Origin: the human T2T-CHM13v2.0 reference genome, Homo sapiens
DNA: 64,000 bases
NCBI RefSeq assembly: GCF_009914755.1
Contig: NC_060929.1
Reading direction: 5' to 3' (one strand)
A model generated the notes under the pieces. The model was not told where the DNA came from. It ran no database searches and saw only the letters and a program-made list of their open reading frames with translations. Below are positions 1-13,526 of this stretch, piece by piece. Numbering within the stretch: the first letter of the stretch is position 1; each line of letters starts with the position of its first letter. Position numbers and translations under genes: made by a program.

Positions 1-27
1 TTGCTCTCTATGATCTCACCTTCATTT

Positions 28-375
28 TTTTCTTCAAAATTTCAACTTTTATTTTAGATACAGGGAGTACATGTGAAGTTTTTGTTACATGAGAATATTG
101 TGTGATGCTGAGGTTTGGGGTATGGATCCTTTCACCCAGGTAGTGAGCATAGTACCTATCTCAACTGCATTCATATTACCGCAAAAACAAACATAATTTC
201 ATTTTTTTTTCTGGCTACACAGCATTCCATGGTTATATGTATGACTTTTTTTATCCAGTCTACCATGGATGGGCATCAGGGATGACAGCGTGTCTTTGCT
301 ATTGTGAATAGCGTGAAGATGAACATATGAATACATATGTCTTTTTGGTAGAATTACTTACTTTCCTTTCAGTAG
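28..375 (-). mobile_element. L1 (L1PB/old L1PA-type) 3' end, non-inverted part of a 5'-inverted insertion
   Basis: T-rich tail followed by the reverse complement of an L1 3'UTR (ttgttacatg...cacccaggtagtgagcatagtacc; gtctttgctattgtgaatag). Confidence 0.85.
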
Positions 376-1200
376 AAGAACAGAATAGAAAACTCAAAAA
401 TAATGTCAAACACCTACAATCATCTTATCTTTAACTTGGCTGACCAGAGCAAGCAACGGGGAAAAGACTCCCTATTCACTAAATGGTTCTGGGATAATTG
501 GCAAGAAGGTTTATGCAGAAGATTGATGCTGGACCCTTACATTTTACCACATAAAAAAACTAACTCAAAATACACCAAAGACTTAAATGTGAGACCTCAA
601 ACTGCAAAAATATTAGAAGACAACCTAGGAAATACTCCTCTTGATGTTGACCTTGGCAAATAATTTTTGGGTAAGTCCCCAAATACAATGGCAACACAAG
701 CAAAAATAGACAAGTGGGACCTAATTAAACTGAAAAGCTTCTGCACAACAGAAGAAACTATCAGCAGAGTAAATAGACAACCACAGAATGGGAGAAGATA
801 TTCACAAACTATGCATCTGACAGAAGCCTAATGCCCAGAATCTATAAGGAGCTTAAACAAACAAGTAAAAAGCAAATAACTCCACTAAAAAATGGGCAAA
901 GGACATGAACAGACACTTCTCAAAAGAAGACATACATGCAGCCAACAAACATGGAAAAGTTACATATATATGGCATCACCAATCATCAGAGGAATGTCCA
1001 TCAAAACCAAAATGATGTACCATCTTACACCAGTCAGAATGGCTATTATTAAAAAGTCAAAAAACAAGAGATGCTAGCTAGGCTGCAGAGAAAAGGGAAT
1101 GTTTATATGCTGCTGGTGGGAATGTAAATGAATTCGTCCACTTAGAAATCAGTCTGGAGATTTCTCTAACAACTTAAAACAGAGCTACCATTTGACTGAG
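376..1200 (+). mobile_element. L1 ORF2 C-terminal segment, inverted part of the same insertion
   Basis: ORFs 403-663 (GKDSLFTKWFWDNW) and 892-1077 (YHLTPVRMAIIKKSKNKRC) are L1 ORF2p motifs. Candidate TSD tcacctt(c/t)attt at 16-27 and 1201-1212. Confidence 0.9.
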
Positions 1201-1638
1201 TCACCTTTATTTCTGATTCTGGTTCTGGAACTTCTAGATCACATTATGTTAGCCTGAGAGTTTGATGTCATCTGTTCACACCAGGCAAACTGTCCTGTCA
1301 CCTTCTCTGACCTCTGCTCGTATTCTGCTGAGTAGATTTTGATGCTAGGGCTGCTTGCATGACATATGCTTGAGAGTCACACATGCTTTTTTATTCTTTT
1401 TATTTTACTTTGTACAATGACAGTCATTTTGGCATTCTTTACTGCTACTGCTTAGTTATCATATCCTGTATTCCTCTATTGAATTTTTCTAACTTCATTT
1501 TGATTTACTTTAATGATCTCAGACATATTTTATCTTCCACTTGTTCCAGAATCTCATTCAGCAGAACCATAAGATCTTTTATAATCTGCCATCTCTTCCT
1601 CTCTCTGCCTCTTTTTCTCTCTCTGCACATCTGTGTGT

Positions 1639-2214
1639 GTGTTTATTTTTTAATTTTGAAATAAATTCAGGCTTACAAAAAGAGACAAAAATATTTCAAA
1701 AAATTTTTAAAAATCCTTCATCCAGTGTTTTTCAAATTTTATGTTATATAACCAATGATGTATATGTATACACACACACATACACATAAACACACACACA
1801 CACATACACATAAACACACCCATATATAGATAATCTATAGATATGTATTTCTCTATATGCACAAATATAGAGTATATATTAATAATTACAAATGGATTAA
1901 AAAGTGTAATTCAAATTTCTGAAATGATTGGGTTAATTCTTATTCCTACTTTATGTGGGTGCTATGATCTCACAAGAAAGATGAATAACTCGTTTTATAT
2001 TTCAAAATAAAGATTTTAGCAATAAAAACCTATATAATTTTCTGCAACTGTATTTAAATATTCTAACATCTGTCACAATTTTGTGTCATGAGTGTTTATT
2101 TTTTAATTTTGAAATAAATGCAGACTTACAAAAAGGGAACCCAAGTTTTTCAAAATATATAAATATATCCTTCATCTAGTATTTTAAAAATTTCATGTTA
2201 TATAACCAATGATG
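1639..2214. repeat. Diverged direct duplication of about 122 bp (1639-1760 and 2092-2214)
   Basis: Both copies start gtgtttattttttaattttgaaataaat and end atgttatataaccaatgatg. Confidence 0.9.
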
Positions 2215-2780
2215 AACACTAGGAAAATAAATTAATATGAGTAATAATCTACCAGTATTATTCAAATTAATTTATGTCACAGATTCTAAAGATTAGGGCA
2301 AAAAGAAAAATATAATAATTTATGTGTCCAACTAATTTCCTTTTTCTGGTGCAAGATCCAATCTAGGACCAAATATTTAGTTGTCATGTCTCTTTAGTGT
2401 CTTCCAACACAATTCCTCATTTTTTTCTTTGCTTTTCATGACTTTAAAACTTTTGAAGAGTATTGGCCAGTTATTTCAAGAGTGTTCTTAATGAGCGTTT
2501 TAATGTTTTCTCCTGATTATGGTATGTATTTTTAGTAAAAATATAATGGAAGTAATGGTTTATGTTTTTTTGATACATCATTTCAGTGGGTGGATGATGG
2601 CAATATGAGTCATTACTGGTTACGTTAACTTTGTATGCTTGGTCAAAGTGGTGTATGACAGGTTTCTAAATAGTAAGGTTATGTTTTTATCTTCACAATT
2701 AATATGTATTGTGGGGAGAAACTTCGAAAGTATGCAAACAAAAATGATTTTATCATATTTGTGCTAATTTTGGAAACATT
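2092..2780 (-). mobile_element. Ancient L1MC4/5-like 3' end
   Basis: atttagttgtcatgtctctttag...ttttgaagagtattggccagttattt...tggtcaaagtggtgt resembles the L1MC4 3'UTR reverse complement. Confidence 0.7.
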
Positions 2781-4257
2781 TCATATCAAGCTTTTGTCTT
2801 TTTTAATTAAACAAAGTAGTAACTTATCTCTCTACATTGCACCACCTGTAATAATTGAAGGATAATTTTAGTTTGCTTAAATATGTCATATGTTTAACCC
2901 TATATATTTGTATTACTTACTTAGACATACAATAAACTAGAACAATGTGTTTGGAATAAATATAAAAAGAAAATATGTAGCCATGGCTTTAGACAGCTGC
3001 AAAGTACATGGCTTTAGGAATAGTCTGAAACCCTGCTTAAATAGACAATAAAGAGAGTCTTGATGAGAATGGAAATTGAAGGCTAGTGCCCATTTGATAT
3101 AAAAGAAAAAATAATAGCTTACTATATTATTTCTACTGCCCCATTGAACATTAACAAAACTGAATTACCCTATAAAGAGAATAATGACTTGGAAATGTGT
3201 ATGGAAGAGAAGATGTTCAGTAGTCTTTATTACAGAATTTTTTTTCTAATAATGAATATAAAAATTTAGCAAATGAAAAGGTGCCAAACTTTGCATATAC
3301 TTTAGCAGTATTAGGAGGAACAGAGTTTTTAAATTGATCTGAAGTCTTAAAATCTGGATTTATGTTTTAAGAAAATGATCACACATTAAAGATGGATGCC
3401 AATATAACTGAAACTTAGCAGAGCAGCTGAAAATTACCCAATACATGCATGACCTTAGTGACAATGATATCCTTTTAGAGAGCACCTCTAATTGCAAATT
3501 TTAACATTTATTGTAGGCATGAAAAGGCATGCCAGCATACAATTCATTTTAATTGCCATTAATTTGTTCATCCATGTTCCATCTTACTGGAAGCAAATAA
3601 GAAAGTTAATATGCCCTTGGCTTTTTTATGATTATTGGAAATATGCTCCATTCTTTTCCCTTTGACTCCAGATTTAAGAAAATTAAATGGGGCAGCTTTC
3701 TGAGGTACCCAAGTCTAGAAGAGTAAAGGAAGGTATACCACAAGCAGTGCATAGGTAGCACACAGATTTTAGCAAAGTATTTATGTCTTTGTTTTCTAGC
3801 CCTAAAAACAACTCTAGGTATGTCATTTCACATCAATTGCTTGAAGAAATAGCATAAACAAACATGAGGGACAAACATACTTTTGGACAAGTTGTGTTCC
3901 GTTGCACAGTTAAATTACTTGGTGACAGAGTGACTGCTTTGCCTACTTATAGCCCTAGAAGGGTCATCCTTGGCTATACTCCAGATTCTGCAGTCTCACA
4001 ACAAATCAGATCATAATGCTTAGTATTGTGAAGTAAGTTGATTTATTCTGTAAGTAAGTAAATGCCATAAAAAAGGAATTGAAAACGAGGTTGCATATTG
4101 ACCAGAATTAAGATGGGTTAGAATAAGATCAGCCACATTAATTCAAGAGAAATAAAAGAAAAGGGTTGGAAAATTACCTATTTATTGTAAATGTAATATG
4201 AAAATTTAAAAGAAGTTCTTTTATAAGTTGTTTGACTTATATATTTTTGTATTATAT

Positions 4258-4645
4258 TTCAGTGGGTTGAAGAGTGTCCCCCCAAATTTATATCTACCAA
4301 GAACCTCAGCATGTGACTTTATTTAGAAATATGTTCTTTGCACATGTAATTAAAGACCTCAAGATGAAATTACCCTAAATTTAGGATGGACCCTAAGTCT
4401 ATTCTTGTATAAGAAAAAGGAGAATGCACAGGGAGACCATTTGCAGATGGAGGCAGAAAGTTGAGTTATGCTGCCACAAGCCAAAAACGCTGGTATTACC
4501 AGAAATTGGGAGAGGCAAAGAAAGATTCTTTTCTAGGGCCTCTAGAGGGAGCATAACCTCATTGAGACCTTGATTTTTTACTTACAGCCTCCAGAAATGT
4601 GAGAGAGTAAGTGTATTTTGTTTTAAGCTACCTGGATTTTTGTAC
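4258..4645 (+). mobile_element. MLT1 (MLT1C-like) ERVL-MaLR LTR
   Basis: gtgggttgaagagtgtccccccaaa...gaacctcagcatgtgactttatttagaaat...cagcctccagaaatgtgagagag...ttgttttaagctacc. Confidence 0.85.
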
Positions 4646-5060
4646 TGAGATTGGGACACTGCTGTATCTAATATAAAAAAATGGAAAGTGCCTTGGAATG
4701 GGTTAAAAGACACACAAACCTTGGACAAACTTTGGGGCATATGACAAAAAGTGCCTAGATTGCCTTGAAAAGTCATTTGGTAAAAATATAGATGCTAAAG
4801 ATGTTATTGATGAAGGCTTATTGGCTGTAAAAAGCATGGTAGAGAAAGCTTCTATCATCTTGAAGAATAGATAAATCTTCATGAACAGAATGTTGGTAGA
4901 ACATTAAAGGTGTTTCTGATGAGTCTCAAAAGGAAATGAGAAACATGATATTGGAAACTGGAGAAAAGGAGATTCTTATTTTAAAATGATAGCAAACTAA
5001 GCAGAATTTGGTTATACTGTTGGGTAGAAAACAGACCTTGTAAGCACTGAACTTGAACAC
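4646..5060 (+). mobile_element. MLT1 internal sequence, 5' part
   Basis: ggaaagtgccttggaatgggt...ctagattgccttgaa...ggaaatgagaaacatgatattggaaactggagaaaagg, contiguous with the LTR. Confidence 0.75.
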
Positions 5061-5772
5061 ACTGAATTTGAGTGCACCCTGATTTCCCCTTGCCTTGTGT
5101 GCACATGACCTTTGAACCCCAGCTAGGGGTTAGGCCAAGGAACCCAGCCCCACTTGTCAGGCCTTATCTTCAACAAATTGGAGGATAATTGTCCCAGATG
5201 ACTGTAGGTCAATTTTCTTGAATTTCTCCAAACTAGAGTGAAGAAAGCCAATTTTTCTAGGGACCTTTAAATTCTGGGACCAGCAAGAAGTCTTGTTGTT
5301 CTGTCCAACTTCTGAGAATCTTTCCTGAAGACCCATATTGTGACCCCATGAATGTCTACTTTAAATCTCAAATTTCTTAGTAACCATTTGAAAATTTCCA
5401 CCTTACTAGCATTAATATCTTGATTCTCCCCTTCCTCTTTCTCCTTTGTTTTGCTCATTTCCTTATGTATCTACTATCGGTGCTTCATCACTTTTTTTTT
5501 CCTTTGGAATTAGGTCAGATGTGGCCCTGTGTCAAGATCAGTCTCAATACTGTTAGTAAAATCCTATTTATCCTTTAAAGCCCATTTCCGTGATCATCTC
5601 TCACATTCTCTGTGGAGCTTTAACTAACCATATTTACCTCTCACAGGTGTTGCTTTAACTCTGTGTTCTGAAAGAAGCATTGTACATCTATCAGGAGATA
5701 ATGAGTGCTTAGCGTATTGAAAGGAAATGAGATTTGGTATCCCATGTACAAATAAAAGATCCTGATTCTCTA

Positions 5773-6204
<432 letters not shown>

Positions 6205-6680
6205 TTACTCAGAAGCTGGCATACTGAAGAAGCTTAATATTTTAATTTTACTTGTAATTTTGAAATATCTTATACACTCACCTACTATAAGTATCACAAA
6301 GTGAAGTAAAGACTCTCAATTTTCTTGCTTTCTTCAGTTTCAAATATAAAACCCATCAAAACATAATTTTCAAATATAATTAGGTTTAACTTTAGAAACA
6401 TTCAGTTTAAATAAAGCTATAATTTATATGTAAAATACAGAGTATAGCACATATTTAATCATTTAAAGAAAATTTGCTTTGCACAATCTTCATATGCAAA
6501 TGTCATATTTGGTTATATATCATATTTGGGGATCTGTGAATTTAAACTGAAAAACTGACCTGCTCATTTCTTAATAGTAACATTTCTGTAGATTAAAAAA
6601 GACTGAAAAAGAACTTACATAAAAGCAGGTTACATCTTGATTATCTATAAAGAATAAGATCATTTTAAGTGTAAAGTTTA

Positions 6681-6726
6681 TTGCACTCTATCCTGGGTGA
6701 CAAGAGTGAAACTCCTCCTAAAAAAG
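6681..6726 (+). mobile_element. Alu 3' fragment
   Basis: ttgcactctatcctgggtgacaagagtgaaactcc followed by an A tract. Confidence 0.7.
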
Positions 6727-7949
6727 TACACATATATAGATAGATATAAAGCTTATAAATATTTGTTCATATATTAGATTATGAAACAACTTGAAGATTT
6801 CAGTAATTTCATTGTAAATTGCAAAATGATCTATGAATGAAAAACCTGTGATAAGTAATAAAAGCCATAGATGTCTATTATTTTAACATATAGCAGACAA
6901 AGTCATTGGGGTTTTGTGTTTAGTTTTTCTTTGACCCAAGGTGAATGTTAAGATAGGTAAATCATTCACTAAAATCATTTTTAGAATAATTTTATTTTAC
7001 TCTCAGTCAGAAAAGGTGATTTTGTTCATGCTAATTTCTGCATAAACTGTCAAGATTTCTGTTTTTTTCCTCCAACATATTGTATATTTAGAAAGCTAAA
7101 GAAATAATTTAAGGGATAGCTATCTATATGGAGGATGTGAGTTGAAGTTCACTTGAAATAATTTCATCTGTTTTGGCATAATGATAGTAGAGTAGAAATA
7201 TATCTACGCATTTAAACTATGAAAAATATGTTCAAACATGAAATTCACAATCTACATATTCAAAATGTATGTATAAAATATATGGCATACTGAATGTCAT
7301 GAAGAATATACTTCTACAACATCTTAACTTTCTAAATTATTATTTATTGACTAGAAAGAAATTATGTATGTAAAATAGAAGAGAGATTATGGCAGTATTT
7401 GTAAAAATCAAATATAGGAGGAAATTCTTTACATATTGTTTTACTTAACTTACATATTATACTTTCTCCAGAAATTGACAAGTCATAAGGATGATATAAT
7501 CTCAAAATACTTGCATTATATATTCAAGTACTTCTATAGTTAATTATCATTCGGATTTACTAAACTATTTGTTCAAATTTATTTCTTATTTTTTCCTTTT
7601 GTGAAGGGAGATTCTTGAGACCAAAAAGTATCTTTGTTTTTGCTTTTTAATATAGCTTAAACACTGTAATTTTATCTTTAGTCTAGAATTTTAGTTGAGT
7701 TCTCTTTAGATTTCCAGTTGAACAAGTCTTTACTACCTTGAAAATATATTATTCTATTGACCTCTTTTGTTTATTGTTCGGGATTAGAAATCTGCTACTT
7801 ATTACATCATAGATAATCTGTATATATTTCTTGTAGTTTATAAATTTCTTCTATTGTCTTGATACCTTTTATCCTGAAATTTATATTTATCTATTCATTT
7901 ATAGATAAAGTTTTTAAAGTAAAGATAGATGAATTTAAAAATCCAGTGT

Positions 7950-8760
7950 GAGAGATTGCTGTTTGTTGACCAAAACCTGTAGTAGTTCCCTCAGTAATAC
8001 TTTGTGAAATGTATTTTCAAGACTTCTTTAAAATTAAGCATAAAAATATGACTAATATATTTGTAATAGTCCATTCTCATGCTACTACTAATAATATATC
8101 CAATACTGGGTAATTCATAAAGGAAAGAGGTTTAATGGACTCACAGTTCCACATGACTGGGGAGGCCTCACAGTCATGGTGGAAGGAGAAGAAAGAGCAA
8201 AGTCACGTCTTACCTGGCAGCAGGCAAGAGAGCATGTGCAGAGGAACTCCCATTTATAAAACCATCAGATCTCATGAGACTCATTCACTACCATGAGGAC
8301 AGTATGGGGAAAACCACGGGCATGATTCAAGTATCTCCACCTGGCCCTGCCCTTGATATGTGGGAATTATTACAATTTAAGATGAGATTTGGGTGGGGAC
8401 AGAGCCAAGCCATATCAATCCAATCACATATGAACAGAATCATAGTTCATGATGTATAAACAGAAAATATATGCACAACTTTCAGACCTTGGCCATGAAA
8501 AACTCCAACAATAATTATTTCACTATGTTCCATTCTGTCACCTTAATAGATGAGCATCGTGAACTCCCAAGCCAGACACTGAAGATGGCAAAGCCCCAGG
8601 ATAAAATGATCCTTGATGTCTGAATCACCACCAGGAAGATAGTGACATACAAAGAAGTAAGACTGTTTTGGACATTATGTGCCAGAGAAATAAACTTCTT
8701 TAACCATTAAACACTTTGTAGTCTATTTGTGGCATCGTCTTAACAGTACTAACTACAATC
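7950..8760 (+). mobile_element. Old MLT1 (J/I-like) LTR interrupted by a THE1 LTR
   Basis: gaagatggcaaagcccca...ctgaatcaccacc...ggacattatgtgccagagaaataaacttc resembles the 3' half of an old MLT1. Confidence 0.55.
8062..8417 (-). mobile_element. THE1C-like solo LTR
   Basis: tgtaatagtccattctcatgct...gactcacagttccacatg...gagatttgggtggggacagagccaagccatatca. Confidence 0.93.
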
Positions 8761-9259
8761 TTTTCTAATGAGTATGTTGTATTTATTTACTGATCAGGAA
8801 AGGCATTTTGTCAAATATGCTTAACTCACAAGTTATTTTGTGAGTTTGCAATTGAACTTATGTTACTATAAAATCAAAATGATAAAAAATAAAATTAGTG
8901 TTGATCATTAATTACAAACATTATTATAAGTGAATGATATTATTTTTACAGTGTTCTTTTAAAAATCTTATTATGAGGACATTTCTACCTGCTGTGGTAA
9001 AGACAGTTTGCATCTATTCTACCTTTACCAATATGCGCTGTGTTATTTCTCTGTTAATTTCATCATTAGGACTAATGTTAAACTGTTTACACAGAGTACA
9101 TTTTGATAAACATTTCATTTACCTAGAAAAGATACCTCTTTTTATTACATATTTAGAGTAGGTAAAGTACCATTATTGGCAAGGAGACAAACACAAAACG
9201 AAAATATAATGTAGCAGCATATGATGAAGAAAACAGTTCTTAAATAATTAGCCTTTTTC

Positions 9260-9930
<671 letters not shown>

Positions 9931-10759
9931 TTAGGTATTATAGTACCTAATCAATTACACAGTGTTTAGATACAATATAGTTATTTAAATGTCAATACTG
10001 GATGTTCTTATATGACTTTAAAAATATTAAAATCTAATTTTAAAAACATTAAAATTTTATAGAAAAAATATACATAGAAAGAACTGATATTGTAGAAAAT
10101 GAGACTTAACCTAAATGATGAATAATTAGAATTTGTAGAAAACAGAAACCTATAAAATAAATAAAAAAGATTTAGTAATTCTGCATAAGAGAAGACATAA
10201 AACCAAAATAAACTGAATAAATAAAAAGCTAAATAAAAAAATGTGACATTCAGTTAATCTAACATATTACATAATTAACAAATTTTTTTATCAAATGCTG
10301 TAAAGTATAAAAATAGGTATAAATATTTGAAAACATACTGTAAACGTTTTCAAATAGTAAAATCACCAATGTGGAATCACAAGGTTGCTACCCCCAAAAT
10401 AATGAATAAATGAAAAATATCAGTTTGGAAAAAAATGAATAGAGTTGAATAAATTTCCTTAAAGCTATTAATTGTAACACTTGAATATATGATGGGTTGA
10501 AAATAAGTTCATTTATAATAGTAATAAAAAACAAAAGTAAGTAGATGTACTGATTATACAGGCTTATAGAGTTAATCTAAGAAGAAACATTTAAGACCTG
10601 TATGAGTAAAATAAAACCTGCAAAACCTCTATTGAAGAAAATAAAATAAAATAAAATGGAAGCATATTTCATGTTTGTGTATGGAAAACCTAAAATAAAA
10701 CAGAAACTCACCCCAATTAATTAATGTTTTAATTAATTTTAACAAAAAACACATTAAGA

Positions 10760-12070
10760 TTTGTTTTTGACTTTTTGATAATAGCCTTTCTGACTGTTGT
10801 GAGATGGTATCTCATTGTGGTTTTTTGATTTGCATTTCTCTAATAGTCAGTGATGTTGAGATTTTTTTACATGATTGTTGGCCACATGTATGCATGTATG
10901 TCTTCTTTTGAAAAATGTCTGTTTGTGACCTTTGCCCACTTTTTGTTTTGTTTTGTTTTGTTTTGTTTTGTTTTGTTTTGTTTTAGAGAGATGGATTCTC
11001 ACTCTATCACCCAGGCTGGAGTGCAGTGGTGTGATCTCCGCTCACTGCAACCTCCGACTCCCCAGTTCAAGCAATTCACCTGCCTCAGCCTTCTGAGCAG
11101 CTGGGACTACAGGAGCAGGCTGCCACGACTGGCTAACTTCTTTTGTATTTTAGTAGAGACAGGGTTTCACCATGTTGCCCAGACTGGTCTCCAACTCCTG
11201 AGCTCAGGCAATTACAGGTGTGAGCCACAGCGCCTGGCCCCCTCTTTTTAATGGGGTTGTTTTTCTCTTGTAAATTCGTTTAAGTTTCTCATAGATGCTA
11301 AATATTAGCCCCTTGTTAGATGCACAGTTTGCAAAAATGTTCTCCCATTCTGTAGGTTGTCTGTTTATTTTGTCGACAATTTCCTTTGCTGTACAGAAGC
11401 TCTGTAGTTTAATTAGTTCCCCTTTCTCAACTTTTGCTTTTGTTGCAATTGCTTTTGCCTTCGTCATCATGAAGTCTAAGACTGTTCCCATGTCCAGAAT
11501 GGTATTGCCTAGAATGGTAATATCTTCCAGGGTTTTTATAGTTTGGGGTTTTACATTTAAGTCTTTAAGTTAATTTTTGTGTATGGAATAAGGAAGGAGC
11601 CCAGCTTCAATCTTCTGCATATGGCTAACCAGCTATCCCAGCACCATTTATTGATTAGGGAATCCTTTTCCCGTTGATTGTTTTTGTCGGATTTGTCGAA
11701 GATCAGATAGTTGTAGGTGTGTGGTCTTATTTCTGGATTCTCTATTCTGTTCCATCAGTCTATATGTCTGTTTTTGCACCAGAACCATGCTGTTTTGGTT
11801 ACTATAGCCCTGTAATGTAGTTTAAAGTTGGGTAGCATGATGCCTCCCACTTTATTCTTTCTGTTTAGGATTGTCTTGGCTATTTGGGTTCTTTTTTGGT
11901 TCCACATGAATTTTAAAATATTTTTTTCTAGTCAATAGTAGTTTAATAGGAATAGCATTGAATGTATGAATTACTTGGAGCAGTATGGCCATTTTAATGA
12001 TATTGATTCTTCCTATCAATGAGCATGAGATGTCTTTTCATTTGTTTGTGTCATTTCTTATTTATTTGAG
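10760..12070 (-). mobile_element. L1PA13-16-like, inverted 5' segment
   Basis: ORF 11204-11491(-) [44 protein letters not shown] is L1 ORF2p. Confidence 0.92.
10939..11239 (-). mobile_element. Alu (old S/J) with (TTTTG)n tail and about 30 bp deleted from the left arm, inserted in L1
   Basis: ctcaggcaattacaggtgtgagcc skips the cctcccaaagtgctggg block; L1 resumes at ctttttaatggggttg. Confidence 0.93.
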
Positions 12071-12762
12071 CAGTCAAAAAATAACCAATGCAGATGAGGT
12101 TGCAGATAAAAAGGAACGCTTTTATACTGTTGGTGGGAGTGTAAACTAGTTCAACCATTGTGGAAGACAGTGTAGCAATTCTTCTAAGGCCTGAAGACAG
12201 AGATACCATTTGACCCAGCAATCTCATTACTAGATATATACTGAAAGGAATATAAATTTTTCTATTATAAAGTCACATGCACAAGTAGGTTCATTGCAGC
12301 ACTATTCACAATAGAAAGACATGGAATCAACCTAAATGCCCATTAATGGTAGACTGGATAAAGAAAATATGGTACGTATACACCACAGATTACTATGCGG
12401 CCATAAAAAAAAAAAAACAAGATTATATTCTTTGCAGAAACATGAATGGAGTTGGAGGCTATTATTTTTAGCAACTAACACAGGAAAAGAAAACCAAATA
12501 CCACATGTTCTCACTTATAAGTGGGATCTAAATGATGAAAACACATGGACACATAGAGCGGAACAACACACACCTGGCCCTGTTGGAGGGTGGAGGCTGA
12601 GATAAGAGAGAGGATCATGAAAAATAACTAATAAGTACTAGGCTTAATACCTGGGTGACAAAATAATCTGTACAACAAACCCCCATGACACAACAAGTTG
12701 ACCTATTAACAAAACCTGCACATGTACCCCAAAATTAAAATAGAAGTTAAATTTAAAAAAAA
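12071..12762 (+). mobile_element. L1PA13-16-like 3' end with poly-A (non-inverted segment)
   Basis: catgttctcacttataagtggga...ctgggtgacaaaataatctgtacaacaaacccccatgaca, then an A tail. Confidence 0.93.
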
Positions 12763-12994
12763 AGATTTTGAACTTGTCAAGCAAATAAACCTCTCTTGGA
12801 ATAAATATGTTGTTATAAACAGACCAGGAATCTTCAAAAAAAAATATGAAAAAAAGGTTTGCATTAGAAATAACAGAAAATATTGTAAATCACAAATTTA
12901 AACCATCAGGAAACTCACATGGGTGTAGCAGAGACTAAAACCAGAAAGAAATGTATCTTAAAATCAATGGGAAAAAAATACTTAAAAAATACAT

Positions 12995-13310
12995 GGCCGG
13001 GCACAGTGGCTCACGCCTGTAATCCCAGCACTCTGGGAGGCCGAGGCAGGTAGATCACCTGAGGTCAGGAGTTCCAGACTAGCCTTGCCAACATGGGGAA
13101 ACCCCGTCTCTACTAAAAATACAAAAATTAGCTGGGCGTGGTGGCATGTGCCTCTAGTCCCAGCTACTCGGGAGGCTGAGGAGGAGAATCGCTTGAACCC
13201 GGGAGGCGGAGATTGTGATTAGCTGAGATGCTGAGATGGTGCCACTGCACTCCAGCCTGGGCGACAGAGAGAGACTCCATCTCAAAACAACAACAACAAC
13301 AAAACAAAAC
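12995..13310 (+). mobile_element. AluSx-like with (CAA)n tail
   Basis: Full dimer ggccgggcacagtggctcac...gagactccatctc. Confidence 0.97.
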
Positions 13311-13450
13311 ATATACTGTTTTGGTAATCCTTTAAGTGCAAATAATAAAATTGTAATTACCTTACACATAAACCACCATTAATTCCAGTTGAATAAAATT
13401 ATAAAACACCCTGTTTTCATAATTTTTTCAGCCACAAAACTACCAACAAT

Positions 13451-13526
13451 CTCTAAGAATAAATGGGTGATTCTTCTTTATATTTAATATTAAATATAAA
13501 GAAGAATCACCCATTTATTCTTAGAG
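13451..13526. repeat. Perfect 76-bp palindrome (38-bp arms, no spacer)
   Basis: ctctaagaataaatgggtgattcttctttatatttaat|attaaatataaagaagaatcacccatttattcttagag equals its own reverse complement (checked base by base). Confidence 0.98.
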
